IMG/VR virus record: IMGVR_UViG_3300046804_003910
Span: 1-57,042 of that record
Strand: one strand, 5' to 3'
DNA: 57,042 nucleotides
Source: a virus
Taxonomy: Duplodnaviria > Caudoviricetes
This document shows, one piece after another, positions 27,978 to 38,200 of the stretch; the first letter of the stretch is position 1, and every line of letters starts with the position of its first letter. The notes below the pieces were generated by a model. The model saw only the letters and a program-made list of their open reading frames with translations. It had not been told where the DNA came from and ran no database searches. The translations under genes and the position numbers were made by a program.

Positions 27978-28973
27978 ATGCCAGCGATTAATTATAATTT
28001 TGTAATTGAACAAGGTTCAGAATTTAATTTACAATTTCAATATAATGATATTGCTAATAATCCTGTAGATTTATCATCTGGATATTGTGTAGTTTTACAA
28101 ATGGTTCCAGCAAGTTTACCTATATCTAGTGGTATTATATTTTCTAGCAAAACTGGGGCGGTATATTCTGTTGATGGTTGGGAGCTGACCGCCAATAACC
28201 AAGGATTAATTAACTTTAAATTAGGATCAACATATACACAAAATTTGAATTTCAATAATGCTGTTTATGATTTAGACATATTGCCAATAAATGATTCTAC
28301 GAATAAAAATTTAAGGCTATCATTTGGAAATGTAACAATACAAAAAAGACAAACTGTATACCCTATATCTGGATTATCTAATGAGTTTTCAGATAATTTT
28401 TTCAATACGACAGGATCTTCGTCAGATAATTATGATCTTTTACCAATTCCTCCAAATGGAGATTTGTGTTCGCCAATTGATTGTTTAAATTTAGATATTT
28501 ATTCCACTATATATCCTGGATCAGGACTATCTATATCAGATGCATCGTTAATAAGCGGTATAATCAATACAACAGATACAAGATTAATTGAAAACGTAGA
28601 ATTAATTATTAGCAACCTTAATCATACAAATCCTCAAGATTTACAACTATTATTGGCGCCTCCTTCAGGAGATAAAATATTGTTATGTGCTAATCAAAAG
28701 ATTAATAATTATACTAACAATTTTAATTTTATGTTCTCTAATAAAGCACCAGCTTTATCTTATTTACATAATATTAATAATGGAGGAATGTGTTCAATAT
28801 ACGACAAAACTAACATAGTTAAATATTCATCAGAAAATTTATTATCTAGTTTTTCTCACTTATTTGGACACTCACTAACAGGGAACTGGACGCTTATAGC
28901 AAGGGACACAGATCCGATAGGATCAGGATATATCGACGGATGGAAATTAATTATCACATATGTTCCAGAATAA
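27978..28973 (+). CDS. Virion protein with a C-terminal proprotein-convertase P-domain
   Basis: VELIISNLNHTNPQDLQLLLAPPSG...GNWTLIARD...GYIDGWKLII. Confidence 0.7.
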   Translation: MPAINYNFVIEQGSEFNLQFQYNDIANNPVDLSSGYCVVLQMVPASLPISSGIIFSSKTGAVYSVDGWELTANNQGLINFKLGSTYTQNLNFNNAVYDLDILPINDSTNKNLRLSFGNVTIQKRQTVYPISGLSNEFSDNFFNTTGSSSDNYDLLPIPPNGDLCSPIDCLNLDIYSTIYPGSGLSISDASLISGIINTTDTRLIENVELIISNLNHTNPQDLQLLLAPPSGDKILLCANQKINNYTNNFNFMFSNKAPALSYLHNINNGGMCSIYDKTNIVKYSSENLLSSFSHLFGHSLTGNWTLIARDTDPIGSGYIDGWKLIITYVPE

Positions 28974-28998
28974 ATAAGACTACTACAAAGGAGACTAT

Positions 28999-29238
28999 AT
29001 GAACTTATCTTACACAATAGACCCAAATAATTTTGCTGTTAAAATTTTTGTCAGTGGTCAAGAATTACCTATTGTTTATCAACCCGATTGGCCCAACGCT
29101 ACTCCTTGGAGTAGTGCAACAGAGGCAGAATTATGGGCTCAATTATGTATACAGTCCATAGTTGATGCAGATGCCCCTTATGCGCCACTTGGTCCAGGGC
29201 TACAGGGAGAGCCCAAAAATATACCACAGCCACAGTAG
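28999..29238 (+). CDS. Small hypothetical protein
   Basis: GAGGAG RBS; QPDWPNATPW motif. Confidence 0.65.
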   Translation: MNLSYTIDPNNFAVKIFVSGQELPIVYQPDWPNATPWSSATEAELWAQLCIQSIVDADAPYAPLGPGLQGEPKNIPQPQ

Positions 29239-29243
29239 TACAT

Positions 29244-29456
29244 ATGGACATATTATTAATTAATGCCGAGCCACAATATACTGTAGAATCAAGAATACAG
29301 TCTTTGGATGCTTTATTGATAGATAGTACCAGAAAAGACTTTACTATAATAACAGTTAAAAGAGTTATTATAAGCAATAATAAACAATCATTAAATATAA
29401 AAGAACACATAGACGTACAACGAACCAGATCTAATACTGTGAGTATCAATCTATGA
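29244..29456 (+). CDS. Small hypothetical protein
   Basis: ORF coupled to the next gene by an ATGA overlap. Confidence 0.5.
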   Translation: MDILLINAEPQYTVESRIQSLDALLIDSTRKDFTIITVKRVIISNNKQSLNIKEHIDVQRTRSNTVSINL

Positions 29457-29986
29457 ATCCATTCTCACACTTGTTAAATACCGATTTAAAAAACACATAT
29501 AATAATGCTATAGACGCACTATTAGATAGTACAGGATTAGCTGTACCTTGTTTATTTAGGTACGACGGAGCAGCCAACTCTGTATATTGCAATAATTGTA
29601 TATTTGATGTTATCTCACAACTTTCAGCCAATAAGTACAATGAAGCCGGCCCAAATCCTTTTCCCGACAATTCTGTTTGCCCTGTTTGTATGGGAATGGG
29701 CAAGGTTAATTCTGCATTATCTTCTGAAACTATATATTTGGCTTGTATATTTGATAGTAAATACTGGTTAAAAATGTCTTCTCAAATAGTGAATGTTCCA
29801 AATGGGTCGGTACAAACAATTTGTAAAAACTCCTTATTGCCAAAAATAAGAAATGCTAAAGATATTATTATTGATACAACAAACATTGGATCCTATGGTA
29901 ATTATACATATCAAAGAGGATCTGATCCTGAGCCTGTTGGTCTTGGTGATCACAAATATATTATAACTATGTGGACAAGAAAATGA
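29453..29986 (+). CDS. Head-closure/neck protein with CxxC motifs
   Basis: CNNC...CPVC; position in the neck module. Confidence 0.55.
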   Translation: MNPFSHLLNTDLKNTYNNAIDALLDSTGLAVPCLFRYDGAANSVYCNNCIFDVISQLSANKYNEAGPNPFPDNSVCPVCMGMGKVNSALSSETIYLACIFDSKYWLKMSSQIVNVPNGSVQTICKNSLLPKIRNAKDIIIDTTNIGSYGNYTYQRGSDPEPVGLGDHKYIITMWTRK

Positions 29987-30621
29987 AATATTCACTCAAG
30001 CTTTTGGAAACAGATAGACAAGTTTATGATTTAATTTTACAAGAAATACAAAAAGTTATTGCTAAAGCTTTAGACAGATCAATACCAAATATATCTAATG
30101 AACTTAAAAATTTAATTAGTAATGCCCTTCGTAGTCAACCAGAGTATACCTCCTTGATGACAGGAACTTTGAAAGCAGAGTTCGGCTTGCCAGACTCATC
30201 TGTTGTAGATGGCGTTATACAAGCTCTAGTGGATTCATTAGTTATTACAAAACAAACTATTTCAATAAGATCCAGATCTGGAATTTCTGGGGGTTTGACA
30301 ATTAATATGATAAAGTCTGATTTTAGTAATATAATAGATACAGATATGGCAAATGTAATTACAGACAAATACAGTTTGCCATGGCTAAAATGGCTATTAT
30401 TAGAAGGTACATCAGATATAGTTAAAAATTATGAAGTTCTATACGGACCATCAGAATACTCCAGATCAGGATTGGCTGTTATGAAACACTCAGACTCGAA
30501 CTGGTCTGTGCCGCAACAGTTTGCCGGTGTAGAATCGGATAATTGGACAACCAGAGCAATAAATAGTGTAGAAAAAGAGATCTACAACATAATGCAAAAA
30601 AATATAGAGAATTATTTATGA
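29983..30621 (+). CDS. Neck/tail completion protein
   Basis: LPWLKWLLLEG motif; position; ATGA coupling. Confidence 0.5.
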   Translation: MKYSLKLLETDRQVYDLILQEIQKVIAKALDRSIPNISNELKNLISNALRSQPEYTSLMTGTLKAEFGLPDSSVVDGVIQALVDSLVITKQTISIRSRSGISGGLTINMIKSDFSNIIDTDMANVITDKYSLPWLKWLLLEGTSDIVKNYEVLYGPSEYSRSGLAVMKHSDSNWSVPQQFAGVESDNWTTRAINSVEKEIYNIMQKNIENYL

Positions 30622-31553
30622 CTACTTTTCAAAATGTAAGATCTATTACGGAAAAAAATAAAAGTTCTATATTAGAAGATAACTTAAAAAGTTTCTTAGA
30701 CTGGTCCTTTTTACACATTGGTGGATTTATTAATGTAGATATACCCACTAATGGCATAACCGGAGTGGCAGGGTTCCATTCTTTGCAAAAGTCTAATGAT
30801 ACAACTATCAAAGGTAATAAATTGTGGGAAGCCCCCAGAAAGGATTGGGTTTATGAATCTGGCGTTTCTTATAGTGGTTCGATCCCAAACTCATTTTCTG
30901 GATTATATTTAAATGGAGTATTTTTACCATCGCCATCAGGGAGTGGTAATTATACATATTCGGTCAATTATCCATTGGGTCAAATATTATTTGATAATCC
31001 AGTATCATCCAGCAGCAAAGTATCGGCCAGTTATTCATATAGAAATGTACAAATTTATAAAGCTAGTGAAAATTCATGGTGGAAAGAAATACAAAAAGAA
31101 ACGTATAATCCCTCTAATTACAAATTAAATGGTGACTTTAGCATATCATCATCCCACAGAGCGCAACTTCCATGCATAATATTAGAGTTATCTCCAAGGA
31201 TACAATTAAAACCACACTCATTAGGAACTACTGAGAACATATGGGAGCAAGAAGTATTTTTACATGTTTTTGCAGAAACTGGCTATCAACGCAACATATT
31301 AGTAGATATACTATTATCACAAAAAGATAAAGTAATTTGGCTATATAATAGTAATAGTGTTGCCCAAAATGAGAAATATCCATTAAATAAATATGGTAAT
31401 ATTAATACTAATGGCTATAATTATCCTCAATTGGTTGACGCTTTTAGACACAAGTGGTGTACTATTAATAATAGTACTGTTGGAGAAATTAATAATTTAA
31501 GTAATAGTTTATTTAATAGTATAGTTCGTTGGTCAATAGAAATTTTTCCATGA
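30618..31553 (+). CDS. Tail terminator-like protein
   Basis: Immediately precedes the tail tube gene; QLPCIILE motif. Confidence 0.5.
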   Translation: MTTFQNVRSITEKNKSSILEDNLKSFLDWSFLHIGGFINVDIPTNGITGVAGFHSLQKSNDTTIKGNKLWEAPRKDWVYESGVSYSGSIPNSFSGLYLNGVFLPSPSGSGNYTYSVNYPLGQILFDNPVSSSSKVSASYSYRNVQIYKASENSWWKEIQKETYNPSNYKLNGDFSISSSHRAQLPCIILELSPRIQLKPHSLGTTENIWEQEVFLHVFAETGYQRNILVDILLSQKDKVIWLYNSNSVAQNEKYPLNKYGNINTNGYNYPQLVDAFRHKWCTINNSTVGEINNLSNSLFNSIVRWSIEIFP

Positions 31554-31626
31554 TTTGGTGTAATAACAATCATACTATCAGTACCAAGACAAAACACTCT
31601 TTACAACCTTATATCGGAGAATAACA

Positions 31627-32727
31627 ATGGCAAATAACAGAATTTTTTATGCCACACAGGCTATAGCACTAAAGCCACAGACCGGAGACGGAGCAATTCG
31701 TTCAGGGTGGTATTTTCCTCGCGGAGTTCAGAGTGTTGGTATCACAACCAACTTTGGATTAGAGCAAATTTTCCAACTTGGACAGATCGAACTATATGAC
31801 AATATTGAAGACGTTCCAGAAATTGAAGTAACTTTAAATAAGGTTATTGACGGAACACCTCCATTATATCTTATGGCGATGGGTGGTTCTGATGGTATCA
31901 GTGGAGCCAATGGTAAAGAATTAGTTAATCTAGCAAATAATAGAGTTAATTTCCGTTTAGGTGTTTGGGCAGATACATTACCAGCCGCTACCGGAACTCC
32001 ACAGCAGTATGTAGATTGCAGTGGTATGTATTTGTCAAGTGTTAGTTATACCATTCCTGTGGATGGCAATTCTACAGAAGATATTACTCTAGTAGGAAAT
32101 AACAAAGTATGGAATAGCGGAATATTAGGGGGTGGTATGAGCAGTGCCTTCAGTAGTGCTAATGATGCTGGAACAATGACAGCACCATCTATCGCTAGAC
32201 GCTATAAGTTCAATAAAGCAGGAAGTGTTGTTCCAACCGGAGCTGGTGGAGGTATTCCAGTTCCAGTAGGCCAAACACTACCATATTTACAAAATGTCAC
32301 AGTTAGCACAGACCTTGGTCGTGAAGCTATCTATGAGCTAGGTCGCATGGCTCCTTATCATAGATATGTTACATTCCCAGTAGAAGTAACAAGCGAATTC
32401 GAGATTATTGCTTCTAGTGGAGACGCAGTAAATGCTGCTGACTTCTCTGATTTAACTGCAGATTGCAGTACTGTTTATCGTAATTTACAAGATAAAACTG
32501 TTTTCATCACAGTCTGTGGAAGTGGTGGAGATAGTTCATTAGGTCTTGATCTTGGTAGTAAAAACAAATTAACAAGTGTTAACTATAGTGGCGGAGATAC
32601 TGGTGGTGGAAATGCTACTGTTACATATAGTTATCAGACCTTTAATAAATTAGTGGTTATAGCATCAGGCTCATTTGCTTCTGAGGATTGGGTTGATACA
32701 GATAATGATAGTATAATTGGAGACTAA
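31627..32727 (+). CDS. Major tail tube protein
   Basis: GVQSVGITTNF.LEQIFQLGQ and REAIYELG motifs; own promoter-like motif and GGAG RBS. Confidence 0.7.
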   Translation: MANNRIFYATQAIALKPQTGDGAIRSGWYFPRGVQSVGITTNFGLEQIFQLGQIELYDNIEDVPEIEVTLNKVIDGTPPLYLMAMGGSDGISGANGKELVNLANNRVNFRLGVWADTLPAATGTPQQYVDCSGMYLSSVSYTIPVDGNSTEDITLVGNNKVWNSGILGGGMSSAFSSANDAGTMTAPSIARRYKFNKAGSVVPTGAGGGIPVPVGQTLPYLQNVTVSTDLGREAIYELGRMAPYHRYVTFPVEVTSEFEIIASSGDAVNAADFSDLTADCSTVYRNLQDKTVFITVCGSGGDSSLGLDLGSKNKLTSVNYSGGDTGGGNATVTYSYQTFNKLVVIASGSFASEDWVDTDNDSIIGD

Positions 32728-32790
32728 TTAAGTTAAAGTTTAAGGTATTGTAAGTAGACACTGGATTTTAGTGATCGGACAAAGGAACTT

Positions 32791-32937
32791 ATGGAAGATT
32801 TATTTATTATAATAGGAAAACTTTATGTTGATATGCATAATATCCAAAAGATATTAGAGCATATGCAGCAACAGATTAAAGATAAAGATTCGGAAATTAT
32901 AAAACTAAAACAGCAAATCAGGAAACAGGATGAATGA
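32791..32937 (+). CDS. Small coiled-coil protein (48 aa, not in ORF track)
   Basis: AAGGA RBS; MEDLFIIIGKLYVDMHNIQKILEHMQQQIKDKDSEIIKLKQQIRKQDE. Confidence 0.55.
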   Translation: MEDLFIIIGKLYVDMHNIQKILEHMQQQIKDKDSEIIKLKQQIRKQDE

Positions 32938-33973
32938 TGCCGACTTTGAGCTGTTATTATATAGGATTCTATCAGGAAAAATTAAATTTTATTACAATAA
33001 TGAACAATATGAGCTACGAACTCCAACTGCTGAAATAAGATATGATGCAGAATTACTCTATAATAATATTCTTAATGAAGAAAAATTTGATGAATGGATT
33101 AGATTAGAAAATTTAGATTATATATTGATTAATTTGGGCTTGTGGACTAAGGATACAAACATTATTATCAAAGATATAGAAAAAAAAATTGAAAGATCAA
33201 AAGTAGAGTTATTTTTAAATTGTATACTCATGGATAAAGTTAAAAAAATAAAAAAAGAATTAAATAATTTTAGGAATCAACTAAATACTATTATGAATCA
33301 TAAAAATGAAATGTATTCTAATACTTTGGAAGGTTATGCTTCTAGCATAAAAAATGAATATATTATATGTAAAACATTATTTAAAAACAATAAACCTGTT
33401 TTTCAATACAGTAACCATAATAATCAAACCTCCTATGTACATTTCAATCATATAGTTATGGAAATTAATAAACAAAATATTTCTATAGAACAATATAAAG
33501 CATTAGCAAGACATAATATTTGGAGATCTTATTGGGGATGTAATAAAGAAAATTTATTTAATCAATCTGTTTCTGATTGGACAGAGGATCAAAGAACCCT
33601 TGTTAATATTAGTAGAATGTACGATAATGTTTATAATCATCCAGAATGTCCAGATGATAAAGTTATAGAAGATGACGACATGCTAGATGGCTGGATGATA
33701 TATCAACAAGATCAAGCAAAGAAAAATAAGAAACAAGACCAAATTGATAAACTTAATCCTAAACTAAAAAATGCACAAGAAGTATTTATAACTCCATCTG
33801 GTAAAGAAGATGTTTCTGAGATTATGGGGCTAAATTCTGCTGAAAGCTTGGCAAAGATTAAAAATAGAACTAATATAATTAATAAAAGTGGTAGTGTTAA
33901 TGCTATAAATTTGCCAGATGTTCAATCTGATTTAAGACAACAAATATTAGCAGCCAATAAATCTAAACAATAG
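32930..33973 (+). CDS. Hypothetical protein (tail assembly region)
   Basis: 347-aa ORF between tail tube and tape measure genes. Confidence 0.65.
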   Translation: MNDADFELLLYRILSGKIKFYYNNEQYELRTPTAEIRYDAELLYNNILNEEKFDEWIRLENLDYILINLGLWTKDTNIIIKDIEKKIERSKVELFLNCILMDKVKKIKKELNNFRNQLNTIMNHKNEMYSNTLEGYASSIKNEYIICKTLFKNNKPVFQYSNHNNQTSYVHFNHIVMEINKQNISIEQYKALARHNIWRSYWGCNKENLFNQSVSDWTEDQRTLVNISRMYDNVYNHPECPDDKVIEDDDMLDGWMIYQQDQAKKNKKQDQIDKLNPKLKNAQEVFITPSGKEDVSEIMGLNSAESLAKIKNRTNIINKSGSVNAINLPDVQSDLRQQILAANKSKQ

Positions 33974-33981
33974 GACTTATT

Positions 33982-34278
33982 ATGACAAACGAAGAAAAAG
34001 AACTAGCCGATAAAATATATAAAAGAATACAAACAACTATGATAGGCGCTTTAGCTAGATTTGAAAATACATTTGGTTACCTCTGGGACGAAGATTCTGT
34101 CCAAGGAGATAAGTATGCAGATATGTGGGAATATACTAGAAATAGCATATTAAATAATGGAAATAAACAATCAAGAGGCGCTGTTAATGATATTGGAGAA
34201 ACATTTAACAAACTAAATAATACCATAAATAATAAATACAATTATCAATTTCGTATTAAAAATAACCCAGGAGAGTAA
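33982..34278 (+). CDS. Hypothetical protein
   Basis: AGGA RBS; ORF in the operon. Confidence 0.65.
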   Translation: MTNEEKELADKIYKRIQTTMIGALARFENTFGYLWDEDSVQGDKYADMWEYTRNSILNNGNKQSRGAVNDIGETFNKLNNTINNKYNYQFRIKNNPGE

Positions 34279-34280
34279 TT

Positions 34281-35192
34281 ATGAAGACTAAAACTTTTAA
34301 GTCAACTATTGACGGCGTTGAAAAAGAATTCCTAGTAAAAACACCATCTTTGAATGATCAGAGAGAGGCTCAAAAGATATATAATCAGGCTTTTACAGAC
34401 GCTATTAAAAGCAAAAGCGTTGTGAGAGCTAAATTAGATGATCTATTAGAAGATCAGGGATTATGGAATGACGAGAAACAGGCCAAGTTCACCACTCTAC
34501 AAAAAGAATTATTAGATGGCGAGAAAAGACTTGCTAAGGGTGGTTTTAGTTTAAACGAGGCCAAAGACCTTGCTATTAAAATGAAGGCCGTACGAGATGA
34601 AATACGAGACCTAATCAGTGTCCGCACATCTCTGGATAATCATAGCGCAGAAGGACAGGCGGATAATGCTAGATTTAACTATTTAGTCAGTGTTTGTGTG
34701 GTGTATAATGATACTAAACAACCATATTTTAACAATATGGAAGACTACCTAAATAGATCAACAGATCCTGTTGGTTTATCAGGAGCTCAAAATTTGGCTA
34801 ACATGCTTTATGGTTTGGATAATGATTACGAAAGTAATTTACCAGAAAACAAATTCTTGAAAAAGTATAAATTTGTTGATGATAAGTTACGTTTAGTTGA
34901 TAAAAAGGGCAGATTAATAGATGTTGAAGGTAGACTAATAGACGAGAGTGGCAGATTTATCGACGAAGAGGGTAATTTTGTTGATAAGTATGGTAATAAG
35001 GTAAATTCCGATGGAGATTACATTGTTGATCCACAGCCTTTCTTGGATGACAGTGGAAATCCAATTGTTTTAGAAGAAGATAAAAAAGATGAACCAAAAG
35101 TTGCAAGCCCAGAAACTGTATCAGAAGTTACATCTGCGCCAGAAGCAGCAGTTGTTGCTGAAAACAAAACTGAACCAGTCGCAACAGCTTAA
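34281..35192 (+). CDS. Tail assembly chaperone-like protein
   Basis: Directly upstream of the TMP; AGGAG RBS; 7-aa DxxGRLI repeats. Confidence 0.55.
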   Translation: MKTKTFKSTIDGVEKEFLVKTPSLNDQREAQKIYNQAFTDAIKSKSVVRAKLDDLLEDQGLWNDEKQAKFTTLQKELLDGEKRLAKGGFSLNEAKDLAIKMKAVRDEIRDLISVRTSLDNHSAEGQADNARFNYLVSVCVVYNDTKQPYFNNMEDYLNRSTDPVGLSGAQNLANMLYGLDNDYESNLPENKFLKKYKFVDDKLRLVDKKGRLIDVEGRLIDESGRFIDEEGNFVDKYGNKVNSDGDYIVDPQPFLDDSGNPIVLEEDKKDEPKVASPETVSEVTSAPEAAVVAENKTEPVATA

Positions 35193-35217
35193 TTATTTTA
35201 ATAGTTTCATTTTTTCT

Positions 35218-35263
35218 ATATTCCCAATAATGGAAGATGCTCTGTTATTGGGAATATTTTTTT
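35218..35263 (+). terminator. Hairpin terminator upstream of the TMP gene
   Basis: ATATTCCCAATAA...TTATTGGGAATAT followed by a T-run. Confidence 0.65.
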
Positions 35264-35289
35264 ATAATTAATTAGGATAAATAAAAAAT

Positions 35290-38200
35290 ATGGCACAAGG
35301 ATTTAATCTTACGGCCCAGCTTAATTTAGTTGGACCAACAAATGTGAGACAAATAGCATCTCAGATCAGGAGAGATCTTGGTACTGTTGATGCAACTGTA
35401 AACTTTAAATTAGATCCGGCAGCAACAAAAAATGTTACAGCTTTAAATACGGCGCTCAAACAACTAAATACAACACTAAATGCAACTAATACATCTGCAA
35501 CTTCTGCAGCCAATGCTATAAAAAATCTGAGCAGCAGCATTAATTCTGTAAAAGCTAATAACTTGTCCAAACAACTTAATAGTGCAGCAAAAGCCACTAG
35601 CAATCTTAATAAGTCCAACAATAAGATCCAAAGCTCTATTGCTGGTGCTAGTAATGAAATGCAAGAATTCGGCAAGCAAGCTGGACTTGCTGTTAGAAGA
35701 TTTACGGCATTTGCTACTGTCACTAGTGTTATATATGGATTAACAAATAGTATTAATAGAGGAGTTCAAGCATTTATTGATTATGATAAAGAATTGGTTA
35801 GATTACAACAGGTTACAGGTCAGTCTTTAAAAGGTTTATCTTCACTACAATCTGCTATTACAAATTTAGCAACATCTCTAGGAGTAGGATCAAAAGAATT
35901 AACCACAGTTGCTGTTACTTTGGCTCAGGCTGGATTAAGCGCTAAGGATACAGAGAAATCTTTGAAGGCTTTAGCATTAAGTAGTTTAGCTCCATCATTT
36001 GACAATATGAATGAAACGGTCGAAGGTAGTATTGCTTTAATGAGACAGTTCGGAATAGGTGCTGTAGATTTGGAAAAAGCGCTAGGTTCTGTAAATGCTG
36101 TTGCTGCAAAGTTTGCTGTAGAAGCTAGTGATATTATCACAGCTATACAGCGTACCGGTGGTGTGTTTGCAACAGCCAGTAGAGGAGTCAGCGAAGGAAC
36201 AGATGCGTTAAACGAATTTATAGCAGTATTTACTAGCGTAAGAGCAACAACTCGTGAAAGTGCAGAAACTATTGCTACCGGTTTAAGAACTATTTTTACA
36301 AGAATACAACGTGGAGATACTATTGATGCACTGAAAGAATTTGGAGTTAATTTAACAGACGCTCAAGGAAAATTCGTTGGAGCATACAAAGCTGTTGAGT
36401 TATTAAGTAAAGGATTAAATTCTATAGATCCTAGAGATCTAAAATTCTCACAGATAGTTGAAGAACTTGGTGGATTTCGACAAATTGGAAAAGTTATCCC
36501 ATTAATTCAACAGTTCGCCACTGCACAACAAGCCTTAGCAGTAGCCCAACAAGGACAAGGCTCTTTAGCCGAGGACGCTGCTACAGGACAAAAAAGCTTA
36601 GCAAATCAAATATCAAAAGTTAAAGAACAATTTTTTGCCCTATTTAGAGAGATTGGTCAAAGTCAAGGATTCCAAACTTTAGCCAAAGGAGCACTTAATT
36701 TAGCAAGCGCATTAATAAAAATCCTTGATGCTACTAAATCTTTATTACCAGCATTAAGTGTGGTATTAGCTTTTAAAGGATCAAAAGCATTAACGGAATT
36801 TGTTGGTGGTTTGGGCAGAGGTTTTAGAAGAGGTCCTGATAATAAAGCTGGAGCTGGTAAAAACGAACCATTTGCTCGCGGAGGTGTTGTTAAAAAGTTT
36901 GCCAGAGGAGGTGTTGTTCCTGGTAGCGGTAATAGAGATACTGTTCCGGCAATGTTAACCCCAGGAGAGTTTGTTATACGAAAAAAGGCTGTTGAAACTA
37001 TTGGTGCTGATAATCTTCATAATATGAATAAGTATGGAACTGGCGGAAGTATAAGAAAAGGAACATCAAATAGAAGAAGAAAATTTGCCAAGGGTGGTAA
37101 AGCAGCTAAATTAGCTAGCATAGATGGTGACTTTAGGGCGGTTGATGGAGATACATTTGATGCTACGGTGACTCCAACAGGAGATCAGTTCACAGCAAGA
37201 TTTAGAGTTGCTGAATTTGATACGTATGAAGGAAGAGGAAAAGCTAGTTTAGTTTCTGCGGATAAAGCAAAAAAAATAATGTCATTAAATAAAGGTAAAC
37301 CTCCGTTAGAAGAATCTTCTGGAAGATATAAGGTTCCAAAAGACTATAAAGTAACTAAAAATGACACAGCAGCAACGGCGGCACAAGAAGCAAAAAAAGA
37401 ACTACAAAGTAAACTGGATCAATTCGTAGGACCAGAAGCAGCTAAAAAAACAGTTCCTGGCGGAGGCGGTGTTGGTAGATATTTAGCTAAAACTGGATTC
37501 TCTATGCCAGATAGTTTGACAACAGGAAGAAAATGGGATGAAAAAGGAAAAGAACTTCTTAATGTTGGAGGTGTTGTTAAAAAATTTATGGCGGGTGGAA
37601 AAGCTCCAGAAGTTGTATTCGGAACAGGACAAACAAAATTTCCCAAGCGTATAACAAATGCCTATGCTAAAGAACTACAGAAAAAACTAGATTCAGAAAG
37701 AGTAAATAATGCTTTCGATCCTTATCCGACCAATGAAAGAATAACAATCGATCCTGCAGAAGTACAACAAAAATTTCAGGGCGAACCTTTTGATCGTAAA
37801 AGATTTTTAAGCTTATTTAATACTAAAGTTAGTCGCAATGAATTAATAGGTAATCTATCTGATTTTGCTAAGTTCATAGGACTACCGGGAGAGGATTTAA
37901 GTAAAATTTTACCACAAACTATAGATTTTGGCGGAGAATTACAGCGATATGGTAATCGTGGAACATTTAGTAGAGATCCTTTTAGTACTCAAGGATATGA
38001 TACTAAGGGTCTTGAAGCTTATGGCTTTACAGCTGCTGATGAACAAGATTTATTCGGATATCAAAAATTAATAGATGAAAAAACTAAAGAAATCAAAAAA
38101 ATAATAAAAACTCCCATAGAAACATTTGAGGATGGATCATTTAGTTATGATAGTGCGGCTTTTCTTAAGGCTACGAGCGAAAAAGATGAATTAAGTAAAA

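Noticed and set aside
32930-35192. Programmed frameshift between tail chaperone genes
   Set aside because: The ORFs have separate stops and starts, and no convincing slippery site was identified at their ends.
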